A DNA stretch of 63,653 nucleotides, filler included, from Octopus bimaculoides (GCF_001194135.2; 8 parts of 8 records of this genome joined end to end with filler, not necessarily neighbours in it), one strand, 5' to 3'; numbered from the whole stretch's first letter, positions 23,757 through 36,527 are shown. Notes: generated by a model from the letters alone, not told the origin. Made by a program: numbers and translations.

Positions 23757-24618
23757 GCATATATATATGTATATATATAGACACACAAAGGACATACAAA
23801 CACATACATGCACACACGGACATACACACAAATACATATAAATGTGTTTGTATGGAGGTGTGTATATGTACATATAAACATGTACATACATATACGTATG
23901 TGTGTATGTGTTTGCGTGTCTGTGTAGGCGTGTGTATGTGTGTGTATTTGTGTGTGTCGATTTGTATGTGTATGAACTTGTATATATAAGTAAAATATTC
24001 TAAAATGCATAAAACCAGAAGCTTCTAGTGAGAATGCTAACAAAGACTTTCCATACATTTTCTCGTATCCTCCATCACTCACTCTCACTTTAATCTCTCT
24101 CTGTTTCACTGTCTATGTCTCTCTCTCTCTCTCTCTCACACACCAACCCCTTCTCCCTTATCTCTCTCACTCTTTCTCCCCTTCTCCCTCTTTCTGTGTC
24201 TTCCTCTCTTTGTCATACTTTACCATTCTATCTACACATAATTCTACAGTTCTTGGAAACGCTGTAGAATAAATACATAAATACATACAAGGCGTAAGAA
24301 ATATATATTTTATTTCAGTGACTTTCATTTTTGTTGTGGAAGTTAGCATTTGCAATGGAAGAGGTTTATGTCACTGTGTATGTGTGCAAATGTGTGCGTG
24401 TGTGAGTGTATGTGCACGTATGTGTCTCCGTGTCCGTGTGTATCTATGGGTTTGTATAAGGGTAACTATAAATATTTGTATGTATATATACACACACACA
24501 CACATATATATATACATATATGTTTATATCTATGCGTACACATATACATAAACTGAACTTGCGCAAAAGCATACAAATATGCCCACATACACACGCACAC
24601 ACACACACACACACACAC

Positions 24619-24662
<44 letters not shown>

Positions 24663-25341
24663 GTATGTGTTTGTTCGTGTGTATATATATATATATCTTT
24701 GCATTTACATATACATAAATGTACATACATACATGTATATATACACAGGTGTGTGTGTATGTATATATATGAGGTAGGAATGTATGTGCATATATGTTGA
24801 TGAACCGGCGCGGTAGTATAACTGTTTGTATGTTTGTGTGACTACGGGTGTATACATAAATATATTTAAGCGATTATATGGACAGGAAAAAACTACTTTA
24901 TATACAACGTTATATTGAAGCATGAATAATGTAAGCTGACGGAGAATTTAGTCAATAAGTGAAAATGTATTTCTCTCTATATATTTATATATGTGATTAT
25001 ACGCACACACACACATATATATCCAAACACACACATACATATATATATGCATATATATATATATGTATATGTATGTATATATATATATATACATATATAC
25101 ATACATATATATATATATACATATACATATATTCATACATATATATATACATACATATCTATCTATATATCCAAACACACACATACATATATATACATAT
25201 CTATCTATCTATCTNNNNNNNNNNNNNNNNNNNNNNNNNNNNNNNNNNNNNNNNNNNNTTAATTAATTAANNNNNNNNNNNNNNNNNNNNNNNNNNNNNN
25301 NNNNNNNNNNNNNNTATATATATATATAATGTGTGTGTGTG

Positions 25342-25623
25342 TGTGTGTTTTTATATTATTAATAAATTCATAAACTTATCAATAATATTCTCAGGAAATC
25401 AATATTTAATATTTCTAAAGATATATATCCAATATGACATGGTAATATAATAAATTTAAAATATAAATATACGAGATATAAATATAAATATGTATAAAAA
25501 TATGCATTATTCTGAAGTCCAGCCAAACTCAGCGTTGAAACACTCTTTAGAAATATTAAATATTGATTTCCTGAGAATATTATTGATAAGTTTATGAATT
25601 TATTAATAATATAAAAACACACA
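25342..25623. repeat. Perfect 80-bp inverted repeat with 122-bp spacer
   Basis: 25342-25421 is the exact reverse complement of 25544-25623 (checked base by base). Confidence 0.9.
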
Positions 25624-26134
25624 AATATATATATATATTTATTTGCTCAAAAAATAGAGCACTTAATATAAGTTCAGTTACATATTCTTTTAGAATATTA
25701 CTTATAAAAGTTATATATATATATATATAACGAAGTCACGTTATGTCCCTACCTTCGCAACGCGGAGTAGATGAAACAGGAGACAACTGATGAAGGGAAT
25801 GTTCTTTGTGTTGCCTGCCTCGTTTCTCATTATGTTCACGTTTTTTTGACGTCCTGTACTCATATGTGCATGTATATATACCTATGTATGTAGGTATGTA
25901 CATATATGTATGTCTATTTGCATATATTTATGTATTATTTATATTATATATATATATATATATATATGAAATTTATGCATACAATATTAGATATCTACAC
26001 ATATACACAAGGGCACTACATGAGCACCTACATCGCTAAAAATAGAAGTCAAAAATACTTGTGTACCACCGAATAGTAACAAATCTACTTGTGTATATGT
26101 GTACATATCTAATATTGTATGTATATAGTTTATT

Positions 26135-26433
26135 AATTTCAAGTTTGGTACTTAGTCTAACGGTCTCTTTTACCAAACTGCTAAGTTACGGGAATATAAA
26201 CCCACCAGTACTGGTTTTCACACGGTGCTGGTGGGGGGGACAAACACAGGCACAAAGACACACACACACACACACGCACACAAACATTCACACACACACA
26301 CACACACACACGCACACAAACATTCACACACACTCAGAAGACAGGCTTCTTTCAGTCTCTGTCTACCAAATCCATTCACAAGTCTTTGGTCGGCCTGGGG
26401 TTGTAGCAGAAGACAATGACCCAAGGTGCCACT
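26135..26433 (-). mobile_element. SINE family A, head-truncated, with internal (CA)n
   Basis: ggcaccttgggtc..ccgaccaaagac..ggtagacagagactgaaagaagc..gtttgtccccc..cgtaacttagcagtttggtaaaagagacc. Confidence 0.8.
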
Positions 26434-26507
26434 GTGTATGCGGTCGTGCCCATGTGTATGTTTGCTTATTTATGGTTAGCGTCCTGAGAAATAGCCATGA
26501 TTAAAAT

Positions 26508-26620
26508 ATGTACCAGACTTAAAAATAAGCTCCCGTCGTCTCTATGATCGGCTAAGCTCTCCAAGGCGGTGCTCCAGCATGGCTTCGGCCTAATGACTAA
26601 ACGAATGAAAATGAAAGAAT
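26508..26620 (+). mobile_element. SINE family A 3' tail
   Basis: gtaccagacttaaaaataag..aaggcggtgctccagcatggc..aatgact. Confidence 0.65.
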
Positions 26621-27156
26621 TATTGATGTGTTTAAGCAGAATAAAGACGAACAAACTTCAACATAGACGAGTTTTCATCTCACCAAAAGATCGACAAAAA
26701 TATTCCTACAGAATGCCATGTTTGAGTTAAGGGTGTCGGGTATCACATGTTTCTCTTTCATGTTCATTTAATGGGCTGAACATGTTCTGTGTCAGTCTGT
26801 CAATCTGATGGTGTATGAGGGTGGCATGATGTTGGGTTGGCGGTGAATCTCTCTTTCTGTTTGCCATATAAGATCAAAGAAATAATTATTGCTATCTTAT
26901 TAAATATCGTGACGGCTGGAGGATTGGGCAGAAAGTGTTTACAGCAACGGAGAGAAAAAATTGCCCCGTATTTCTTGTTCCGGAATATTTCTTGGGATTT
27001 TGGCAGAATACAGGATTGCACTTTTCTGCAGGTCGACGATGTGAGTCTCGATTCCAATATCCTTTTGCAGTTTTGGTGTTGTGCCAAGTACACCACAGGA
27101 GTAATTGTCATCTAATTCTTTCGCGATCTTTTCATCTCTCTGCCTAGGTCCTGGTA

Positions 27157-28280
27157 CAGGGTGGGGCAGAGAGGAGGGACGTTTTTGAAGAATTCACAAA
27201 GTCATTAATTTTAGCTGCAAATAAATTTTATTGACATCAATGTGTTCGTATTGAATTAACATTTGTCAAAATCAAGTGTGGAAAACAACATCCATCATGT
27301 GGGGTCCGTTTTCATTGATGCATTTCTGAAGGCATTCTTGGAAGTTGCCCCCCCCCACTCTCTCCAGCATTGCTCTGTCGATTTGGGCAACTTCCATGCG
27401 AATAGCTTCCTTCAAATCATCCAATGTACGGGGCTTATGCGTATACACACGTGCATTGAGGTTTCCCCACAAGAAATAATCACATATGGACAAATCAGGG
27501 GCTGAGGGGGCCAAGGTATGTCTGCAAACCTGGAAATGAGGCGGTCACTAAAGAGAGGGCGAAGAACATCAATTGATGCCCTGGCTGTGTGGGCCGTCGC
27601 CTCATCCTGCTGAAACCACACTCGTCGAATAGGCATACGTTTTCGTCGTAATTCAAGCACATAGAAGTTGTTTATCATCTTGATGTAACGTTCGGAGTTC
27701 TCAGTAACAACATTTCCATTATTGTCTTCGGCAGCTTTTCCAACAGCATACCAGACCGTCACTTTTGGGCTGTGTAGAGGCCTTTCGTGCAGTTCTCTTG
27801 AATTTTCAAGAGTCCAATAACGACAGTTCTTTTGATTCACCATGCCATTGAGATAAAAATGAGCTTCGTCACTCATTAACAAAACGAGGTTGTCATTTAC
27901 CTCAAAAATTGCTTCCATCTGATATGCGAAGTTGAGCCGCTGTGCATAGTCCCATGGTTTCAACTGTTGCCCAATGACCAATTTATACAGGTGAAAATGC
28001 AGGCCCTCGTGCAAAATACACCTTACCGATCGATTACCAATGCTAAGTTCAGTGGAATGCCGCTGGGCAGAGCGATTCGGACTCCCTATCAAAGCTTGTC
28101 TGACGCGTTCCACATTTTCCGAGGCCCGTACCGTTTGTGGCGCCCCCACCAATCTCCTACTCGTTAATGTGCCCCGTGTACGAAGTCCAGTCACCCAACA
28201 TAAGATTGTATTACGGGTGGGAACAGCCTGATTTCGGTGAACGTTGAAGTGGCACCGAAACTCACGCTGAACTGCTCAAG
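27157..28280 (-). mobile_element. Tc1/mariner transposon relic, DD41D (rosa-type) transposase
   Basis: HTH region VQREFR..PTRNTILCWV, MSDEAHF, FQQD..WPP, then a 1-nt deletion frameshift, then PDLSICDYFLWG. Spacing is 41 aa once the frameshift is restored. About 10 aa deleted after VTVW. TA followed by TIR cagggtggggcagag at 27157; the other TIR was not found. Confidence 0.9.
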
Positions 28281-28399
28281 CCATGCCACAAGTATTGAAA
28301 CCAGTAGGCCTTTGGTATCATATCAGCACCGCGTGTAGACAGGTGTGTGTGTCATATCAGCACCGCGTGTGGACATATGTGTGCGTGTCTGTGTGTGTG

Positions 28400-28605
28400 T
28401 GTCACACTACCGATTGACAGCCTTGTTGGTGTGTTTACGACCCTGTAGTTGAGGTTCGGCAGAACAGATCGAAAAATAGGTACCAGGTTTAAAAGAAAAA
28501 AGTAAAGCTACTAGAGTCGATTTATTCGGCTAAAAATTTCTCGAGGTGGTGCCCCAGCATGGCCGCAGTGTAACGAATGAAGCAAATAAAAGATCAAAGA
28601 TAAAA
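28400..28605 (+). mobile_element. SINE family A 3' half; a 34-bp-period local duplication lies just upstream (28318-28374)
   Basis: ggtgtgtttacg..ggttcggcag..gtaccagg..gtcgattt..ggtgccccagcatggccgcagt. Confidence 0.7.
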
Positions 28606-28901
28606 GCACTCTATAACCCCGTTAACAATATCCTGCAGTGTCTTTTTGTACCGTTTGGTCACGATAATCATTTGAAATTCCTCGTTCATGGGAGACAACT
28701 CAGTTTGACTTAATTTCATCTACTGAAACACGAGTTAAAATCTCACAACTTTACCAACTGTTGTTTCCAGAGCAGTATATCAATGATATTTTAAATCGCG
28801 AACAATATCGTATCGCCCCTGTGGTGATATAGTAACAAATGTAAAGTAAATTTATAAGATATAATATCAAGGTATTAAACGTTATTTTATATATCCTCGA
28901 A

Positions 28902-28937
<36 letters not shown>

Positions 28938-29919
28938 TGATGGAGTTGGCAACTCTTTCGAAAAACCGTTTAGTACTTCGTCCTGATTTTCAGACGGATT
29001 AACGCAAAGACAAGTAATAGAGAAAGTGAGTCTCGATGGTGATTCGCAATGCTTTTCCGCTTTTACTGAGAGTCGTGGCATGCGGTCGAGTTAGGCAACG
29101 AAGTCATTCTTGAGTTGCACCCTGCCATTCGTCTCAAACAATTAAGCGAAGTGCTGCTGTGTTTAATTGGTAAAATATCACCATCCCCAAGTATAACAGT
29201 ATTAAATTGATTTCTTTTCTATTTTTTCTTTGAAAATCGGGATAAGTCTGAGAAAGGAGGTGGTTTTGACCATTCTCTTTGCGATAACGCCATCGTAGTC
29301 ATGACTGAAGGAGGCAGCTGTTTTCGCTATTTATTCTGGGGTGTGTGGCCTTTGTCCCCTTTTCCCTACATCTGCTGTTTTACCCCCGCTACTTTATTAC
29401 TTCTTCTGTTCCTGTGTTTCCTTGTAATATGAATAAAGTGTACTTTATTTTTAACAAGAAAAAGTAAGGGTTTCTTTAATGTGGAGTACATCATATACAC
29501 CGGCGAATTCAGTATATTTCCAAGTTTCAGCTGGAGCGTTGGGTAGTTTTATGTCTGGCGGCGGTTAACGACTAGAATAGCCTCACTGATGAAGGTGTTA
29601 TAACAGAGTTATCTCCCTTACATCAGAAAGCTACAAGCAGGAAGCGAAGAAAACGCATTCTCCCTCTCTCTCTCCCTCATTATTTCTCTCTTTTCTTTCT
29701 CTCTTCCACATGTACACTAACACACACACACACTTACGCACCTACGCACACGCACTTACGCACGCATGCACTCACACACACACACACACGCACTTACGCA
29801 CTTACGCACGCATGCACTCCCACACACACTCGCACTTACGCACTTACGCGCGCGCACGCACACACACACAGGTAATTAATCAGTTACAGGAGCCAGCTGC
29901 ATCAAGGTATTTTAATAAT

Positions 29920-30785
29920 ACTTTTATTGGCCACAAGGACCGAACCCCCAAAAATAGAGACGAAACAATACAAAGGACAAGTGGGGTGTTAAGCAATGCC
30001 GTGTATATATAATAAGTAACAAAAACAATTCACAAACCAATTAAACACAATTCCCCAAAAGTGGGGGTTCCTTACAGGGACAACCGAAGAACCTTACACA
30101 TTCCTGTTATCCCGACCGCCAGGGGAACCTCAGCAGGCGCCCCTCTCCTTCTCAACTCCTCTGGTTTACAAAGTTCAGAGCAGGACCATTCACATTGATC
30201 CTCTATGCCGCATTCACCCACCTTTCAATAAATTTATTGGGTTGGAGTGCAGAACTTCCGTCTCTACCCTCACTTTCCTTGTCAAGTGGAACTTGAAAAA
30301 GCCGACGAGGGCTTGGCCGAAGAGGAAATTACATGTCTTCGCTCCTTTCAATCTCGTCCACCGCTCTATCTCCTTCGCCATAGCCACCAGAGAAAAACTG
30401 TCTTTCCTTCCCAGCCAAAGGAAGGCGGTGGGGCCATCTTCACGATGGACTCGGCTGATAACCGTCTCCGTCCTACACGCGACAACAGCTGTTCAACAAA
30501 GCTCCGGGAGTTAGTAATTCACGCACGGACACGTGCATGCAGGACGGTTTCATCGCTCAGTGCACATCTCGGACAGGTCCGTCTGACAGCACTTCCGTGT
30601 CTGCAAAGCTTTCTTGAACCGACAGAGTTCCCCGGTAGCACTGTCAGGCCAGGGATTTCTGGAAGTTATCCAAAGGCCCAGGCCCGAAAGTCCTCAGGAA
30701 AAGACCTGTTAGTTGATTTCTTCCGACGCCCAGAGTTTCCCCGAGTACGTTGTCGCTCTTTCCCTCCATTAATTCTATATAGAAC
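29920..30785 (-). mobile_element. 5'-truncated Tx1/L1-clade LINE (ORF2 C-terminus plus 3' UTR) with 18-bp TSD
   Basis: Minus-strand fragments SLA*QCYRGTL, TCPRCALSDETVLHA (CCHC knuckle), MAKE..WTRLKG, FIERW. AATAAA at the 3' end. TCAAGGTATTTTAATAAT at 29902-29919 and 30786-30803. Confidence 0.88.
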
Positions 30786-31346
30786 TCAAGGTATTTTAAT
30801 AATGACACCTAGTTAGGGTCGAGAATAACATATTCTCCGAGTATCCACGCTATATATGAACTCTCACGCATATATTAATGCATATACGATCTTGTCCAAC
30901 CACTTACATACACCTGTACCCGAACAGATCAATATACTCATCGATATAAATATACATGTCTATGCAAAAATCACGTACAGACGTTCTCCGGCACGCAGTT
31001 TCATGGTCCACTGTAAGTTTCAGATCTAACATACTGTGTAAAATAAAAGAATAATAAAAAAAAGCCATTTGTGTTCTTAATTTTATATATATAGTTGAAA
31101 TTTACAGAAAAACAAAATACGAAGACAAGCGTATAAACATATATGTGCCCGAAATGGTCGTCTCTTCCGGGACTTGACTGATGAAAGAAAGCCAACGACT
31201 CGTCCTTTTTGCCTGTCCTAATTGTTGTTTCTCTTGTCTGCCTTTGTGTCGTCTATCTGTCCAGACGTTTTAATGCCCTCTGTTTCGTTTTTGTTCCATA
31301 TATATATATATAGTCATGAATGACCATGGGATTGCAACTAGAAAAT

Positions 31347-31976
31347 GGATCTATTTTAAAACGGGGGCCACATTTTTCATTAATGTTTTACGTAGTGTTT
31401 TTGGTACGGAAAGACTTTCAAACTTCGTATACTTATCTATTTTGTGTCATAGAACAGAAAAATATTTTTGTATTCGAATTTATTTCATGTAAAAAATTGT
31501 CTTATTTCGATAATTTCAACCAATCACTGACAAGTATTCAGTTGTTTACATTTNNNNNNNNNNNNNNNNNNNNNNNNNNNNNNNNNNNNNNNNNNNNNNN
31601 NNNNNNNNNNNNNNNNNNNNNNNNNNNNNNNNNNNNNNNNNNNNNNNNNNNNNNNNNNNNNNNNNNNNNNNNNNNNNNNNNNNNNNNNNNNNNNNNNNNN
31701 NNNNNNNNNNNNNNNNNNNNNNNNNNNNNNNNNNNNNNNNNNNNNNNNNNNNNNNNNNNNNNNNNNNNNNNNNNNNNNNNNNNNNNNNNNNNNNNNNNNN
31801 NNNNNNNNNNNNNNNNNNNNNNNNNNNNNNNNNNNNNNNNNNNNNNNNNNNNNNNNNNNNNTTTTTTTTAAGAAGACTAAGAGAAAAAGATGTTTTATAT
31901 GACACATTCTACCAGTGTTCCAAGTTTCAAAGTGTTTCGTTAATGAAAAATGTGGCCCCCGTTTTAAAAAAGATCC
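31347..31976. mobile_element. MITE with about 37-bp TIRs (GG..CC ends) and 8-bp TSD; Merlin- or hAT-like; interior gapped
   Basis: ggatctattttaaaacgggggccacatttttcattaa (31347-31383) matches its reverse complement at 31940-31976 with 1 mismatch. TAGAAAAT at 31339-46 and 31977-84. Confidence 0.88.
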
Positions 31977-32240
31977 TAGAAAATTCCTCTCCAAGTGACA
32001 AATCCGAGCAAGGTTTTTTTTTTATGGAAGACCAGCATCCCAGTCTCCCCGCTGCACACCACCGATGTTGCCCAAGGGAAAGGCAAAGGCCAATACAGCT
32101 TGGCACCAGTGATGTCACAACTCATTTCTACACCTGAGTAAACTAGAACAACGTGAAATAAAGTGTTTTGCTCAAGAACACAACACACAGCCCAGTCCAG
32201 GAATCGAACTCACTACCTAATGATTCTGAGCTATGCCGCT
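31977..32240 (-). mobile_element. tRNA-derived SINE family B, interrupted by the MITE (tail continues at 31313-31346)
   Basis: gagttcgattcctggactgggc..ttcttgagcaaaacactttatttcac..actcag..gaaatgagttg..ggtgccaagctgta..cctttgcctttccc. Confidence 0.8.
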
Positions 32241-32269
32241 TCTCACATATCTCTCTCTCTCTCTCTCTA

Positions 32270-32360
<91 letters not shown>

Positions 32361-33034
32361 CTGTGTGTCGGTATGTATGTCTGTTTGCCTCTGTGTGTGT
32401 GTGTGTATACATACATACATTATGACGCCGTCAATTTCAAACGTGCAGGCGTAGAGGGCCGTTTAAAAAATATTTTTAAACGTTCCCTTCTATATTTATT
32501 TCGACTCTTCCGGCCTAAATCAGTAACTGGTTTATTTCTTCCACTATAGATATGAGAAACGCCATTTATCTACCAGCGTACCATTATTCAGTCGGGATTT
32601 TTTAAATATACCTTATACCACGTGGAATTACGCTAACACCATTATGGCTGAAAACAGCACTACAGTAAGATATCTGGGAAGATGTAAGTACTCCTTTCAT
32701 TTTACTTGGACTCTACAGTTAATCTATCAGATATATGAAGCGGTTAAAAAAAAATACTGGGACGACTCTTGTCCCAACTTAAGTTCATTTATTATTTTTT
32801 TCGTTTAATAGTTTCCAGTGTTATTTGAATTAAACACGAAAAATATTTTTATTGCAATGTTTTATGGGTTTGTTTTTGTTATTAGTTTTCTTCTACAACT
32901 TCAGTTTTACATTTTGGAAACTGAATAAAATTTTTACCTCTCTTCATCCATATAACGTTGGCGTGCCAAGTAGAAAAAAAAAATGACGAATTTATTTGTC
33001 AACCCAATAGATACTTTCTCGTTGCCCCATTATT

Positions 33035-33336
33035 TTAGTAATCAACTACTTGATAGAGATAAACATCAAAACTGTCCCTCACACTCCCTACCGTTCAAAT
33101 CTTGCTCCCTGTGATTTTCGTTGTTCCCCCAGCTGAAGGAAAAGATGGAAGCTGTAACACGGGTCCTGGATACTTTCATTTTGGAGGATTTTCGTGGAAC
33201 CTTCACAAAGGGCTAGAGTGCTACAACAAGTGCACTGAAGTCAGAGGATGGATTCCACTTTGAAGGAGGTTATAGTTCTTTGAAATTAATGAACGTTTCT
33301 CCTGAAAAAGTTTCAAAACTTCTGGAATGCTCATTG
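33035..33336 (+). mobile_element. Mariner transposase C-terminal relic with right TIR
   Basis: IKTVPHTPYRSNLAPCDF..LK..AVTRVLDT..EDF..YNKCTEV..FEG, then aaagtttcaaaacttctggaatgctcattg and TA. Confidence 0.75.
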
Positions 33337-34574
33337 TATCTCTAGGCGTTTTCCTTATCCTGCCACATAACCGCACCTGGGTACATATATCAACAATCAC
33401 TTATCTCCCGATGTCTGCCTACCGTGTCTTATATCTTCAATTGGGTTATCAATTATCAATCCGTGTAATATTCAGGTACTGATCTATCCTGTCATATTTC
33501 TCTTGTGTACGACTATCACCAGCCACTACTATCTCCCGTTACTATATCTATCCCACCTTTTGGCTTCCCAATGTAAACAGTTCTTGGTGAAAACGATTTC
33601 ATGCTGGAATTGAAACTGAACTCGCTGTTCCAGGTTGGTATTAAGAGGCCGGCACGCTCACTTGGATACCTGCTTTCCGTGACAACGACAATAGGTGTAA
33701 GAACACAAGAGAAACAACACCATCTCCCAACAATACCAACAACAACAATAACAAAAATAATATCAAGAATAGAAAAAAAAACGAAAATTTGTTGCTTTCA
33801 CATTTACAAAAATAATTTTTATTCCAGATGAAGTTTATTTTTCTTCCTCGTCTTCAATCTCACTTCCACGTTCTCACTCACATCTCTCTCTTTTTCTCTT
33901 TCCCTCACACTATTTCTCTCTCTCTCTCCCTCTCTGTCTCTCATGAAAACAACAAAGCTGAAAGACATGACAATAAACCAGCGGACGATAACCCCCACCC
34001 ACACATAAATAAAACAACAAAGAACACGTTTCCTAGAAATTCAAGTATTTCATTATATTGGTCCGTACGGGTTTCTTTTTTTATTTTTTTATCCTTTTTA
34101 AATATCTTTCTTTATTTTTGTTATATTTCCTTTCATCCATTCTGATCATTCGTCTCACCAATTTCAGAGGATAAGTCCCTTTTCAGCAGTCACGAAATAA
34201 TGCGAAAGTTGGTTCTCGCCCGCCTCCATATGTAACACGCTGCGCATGCTTGTTTGAAATGGTGTCATCTCTTCTTCTCAATGCTGTCTCATATCGTGCC
34301 CTGTATTCAGCAGAATGATGGCGGAGTTAGTTGTGTGTGTGTGAGAATAAAGAATTAGGAAATTAAGGAAGCGTTCGTCATTCCAGCATTAGGGCCCATC
34401 TTTGGAGGAAGACTGCGCTTCTGAATTGTATTAGTGCCACTGGAAACAGTCTCTCGGTGTAAGAGTTTGACCATGTTGATATGATAGAGGGACGCCATAG
34501 TAGAATGGACAGTGAAAAAGTAAGGAAAATTTATTAATTTTTTTAGCATTCTGGGGGATAGTCAGTGACAAACT

Positions 34575-34890
34575 CTTTGGAGTGGTCAGTCGAGCATATT
34601 ATGGAATGGTGAGGGAAGAATCGACAGTAGTAATTCTGGTAATATGAGGGATGGACATTGAAGAACTAATGGACAGTGGTCACTCTGGTGGTGATATATG
34701 TGGTAGTGAGAAAGGAGCTAATAAACAGTGGTCAGTTTAATACATGGTGGAATGGAAAGTGGGGAAAATAATAGACAGTGGTCGTCACTCTTGCGTTACA
34801 TAAGATTGTCATTGAGAATTAAATGGTGACTGGTCAGCTTGGTGTTGTGTGGTGTAGCTTAATGAGAAGTAAAGGAGACTGGACATTGTG
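34575..34890. repeat. Old degenerate minisatellite of about 50 bp (core GACAGTGGTCA)
   Basis: Core recurs near 34580, 34623, 34672, 34724, 34774, 34828 and 34877. Confidence 0.6.
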
Positions 34891-35040
34891 TTCCTGTAGT
34901 GTTTAGTTATTACTGTTGAGTTGATATTTGAAGTGTTTTGTTACTATTGCGTTGTTACTGGTGTGCTGTGTTGTTAATGTAGTGTTATATTGATTGCCTT
35001 TCATCAGTGTGTGTGTAGGTATAATATANNNNNNNNNNTA

Positions 35041-35138
35041 GATTAAATAAGTACCAGCTAAGCACTGGGGTCACCGTAATCGACTGACCCCCGTCCCTGG
35101 AAACTGCTGACCTTGTACCAAAATTCGAAACCAATATT
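35041..35138 (+). mobile_element. SINE family C 3' fragment
   Basis: taaataagtaccag..cactggggtc..gtaatcgact..ccttgtaccaaaattcgaaaccaatatt. Confidence 0.7.
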
Positions 35139-35420
35139 GTGTTGTGCTGTTAATGTTGCGCTGTGTTGCTACTGTATTGTATTATTAATGCGTTGGGTTG
35201 GTACTTTAACTAGTGTTGTGTTGCTATTTTTGCTTTCTATTGTTACTCATAAGTTGATACTGTAATGTTGTGTTACTAATCTAGTATTTCTAGAGCTGTT
35301 TTGCAATTAAAGTTGTAGTAGATACGGTTATTAACTCAACTGCAGCCACTACAGGGTACTACAGCGTTGGTGAGATGTTACCGCCCAGGAGTAAGATATT
35401 CTGTAACTGAAGTACAATGC

Positions 35421-35617
35421 TGGTTTCAAATTTTAGCACAAGGCCAGCAAGTTCAGGGTAGGTAGGGGTAAATTGATTACATCGACCCCAGTGCTCAATT
35501 GATATTTATTTTATCGACTCCGAAGGGATGAAAGACTAAGTCGACCACGGCGGAATTTGAACTCGGAACGTTAAGACGTATAAAATACCCGCTAAGCATT
35601 TTACCAGTTCGCGCGCC
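35421..35617 (-). mobile_element. SINE family C
   Basis: Reverse complement matches 60221-60438. Confidence 0.8.
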
Positions 35618-35728
35618 TGAAACTGAAGTGTCGTATATAGGTTTAATGTAGTGCCGTGTTGTGGAGTGTGCCACAGTGTAGCATCATGGGGGTGTTGTGG
35701 TGTGGAGTTATGTTTAGAATATTACGTA

Positions 35729-35945
35729 CGAGGACGTGCTGAAAAGGTCCTGGCTTTAAGGGTGTCGCGAAAGGCCTGGCTGTGGGCCCAACCTTCTGAG
35801 TTCTTTTACAGGGCTTAGAAAAACTGAAGGAACACTGCAATAAATGTGTGAATCTGAGAGAGGAATGTGTTGAATAAAATCGTAATTAACTGATCCTCCT
35901 ATATTTTCTTTTACCCAAAGCCAGGAACGTCCCAGCACCCTCTCG
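35729..35945 (+). mobile_element. 217-bp mariner-derived MITE with TA TSD
   Basis: TA-cgaggacgtgctgaaaaggtcctggcttt .. aaagccaggaacgtcccagcaccctctcg-TA. Interior keeps the transposase end GLEKLKEHCNKCVNLREECVE*. Confidence 0.8.
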
Positions 35946-36074
35946 TAGAGCTGAATGCGGCGGTGTGTAATGTGTTGAAATGTAGTTGATTATTATGCAA
36001 ATTAGTATAGTGGGTTAGAGTGGGGTTCGCTGTGGTGTTGGGTGAGGTGGAGGGTAATGGATTGGAGTGGCATG

Positions 36075-36230
36075 TTGTTGTTGTTTAACCCTCGGTTAGC
36101 TGTCATAGAGTAGATAGACCTATAACTTAAAGGCTATTTAAGATGATGGCGTCTTTTCTTCTGGAATTGTGTATCGTGGACTACATTAGCTAATGTGTTC
36201 TTTTTTTAAAGATGGCATGGTATGTATAGT
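36075..36230 (-). mobile_element. SINE-like family F 3' part
   Basis: gttgttgtttaaccc..tagacctat..aaaggc..ggactacatt..aatgtgttctttttt. Confidence 0.55.
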
Positions 36231-36421
36231 GTGCTGTGGGTTTAGGAAGACTCGTTTGCTATTTCTAGCAGGTGTAACAGCCACGTAGAGGAGTCTCCAT
36301 CAGTATGTGATGGAGCGGAGTGAGCTGTTGACTCCAGAGGAGTGTACTTGGGTGTAATTGAGTGTAACTGAGTGTAACTTTTCAGTGAAAGTGAAATAGC
36401 TGAGCAAAATAGCTGTGGATA

Positions 36422-36527
36422 GGTAGACTTGCCTTTCATTCTTTCGAGGTCGATAAAATAAGTACCCGTTGAGCACTGGGGTCTATGTAACCGACTTACT
36501 CCCTCTCTTGTGCCAAAATTTGAAACC
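36422..36527 (+). mobile_element. SINE family C 3' fragment
   Basis: gacttgcctttcatt..gtcgataaaataagtacc..gagcactgggg..cttgtgccaaaatttgaaacc. Confidence 0.7.

Noticed and set aside
30247-30816. 189-aa plus-strand ORF
   Set aside because: Antisense shadow of the Tx1 ORF2 fragment.
25787-31200. CTGATGA strings at 25787, 29586 and 31177
   Set aside because: No correctly placed GAAA, stem III or UH triplet; 29586-29626 is just an imperfect hairpin.
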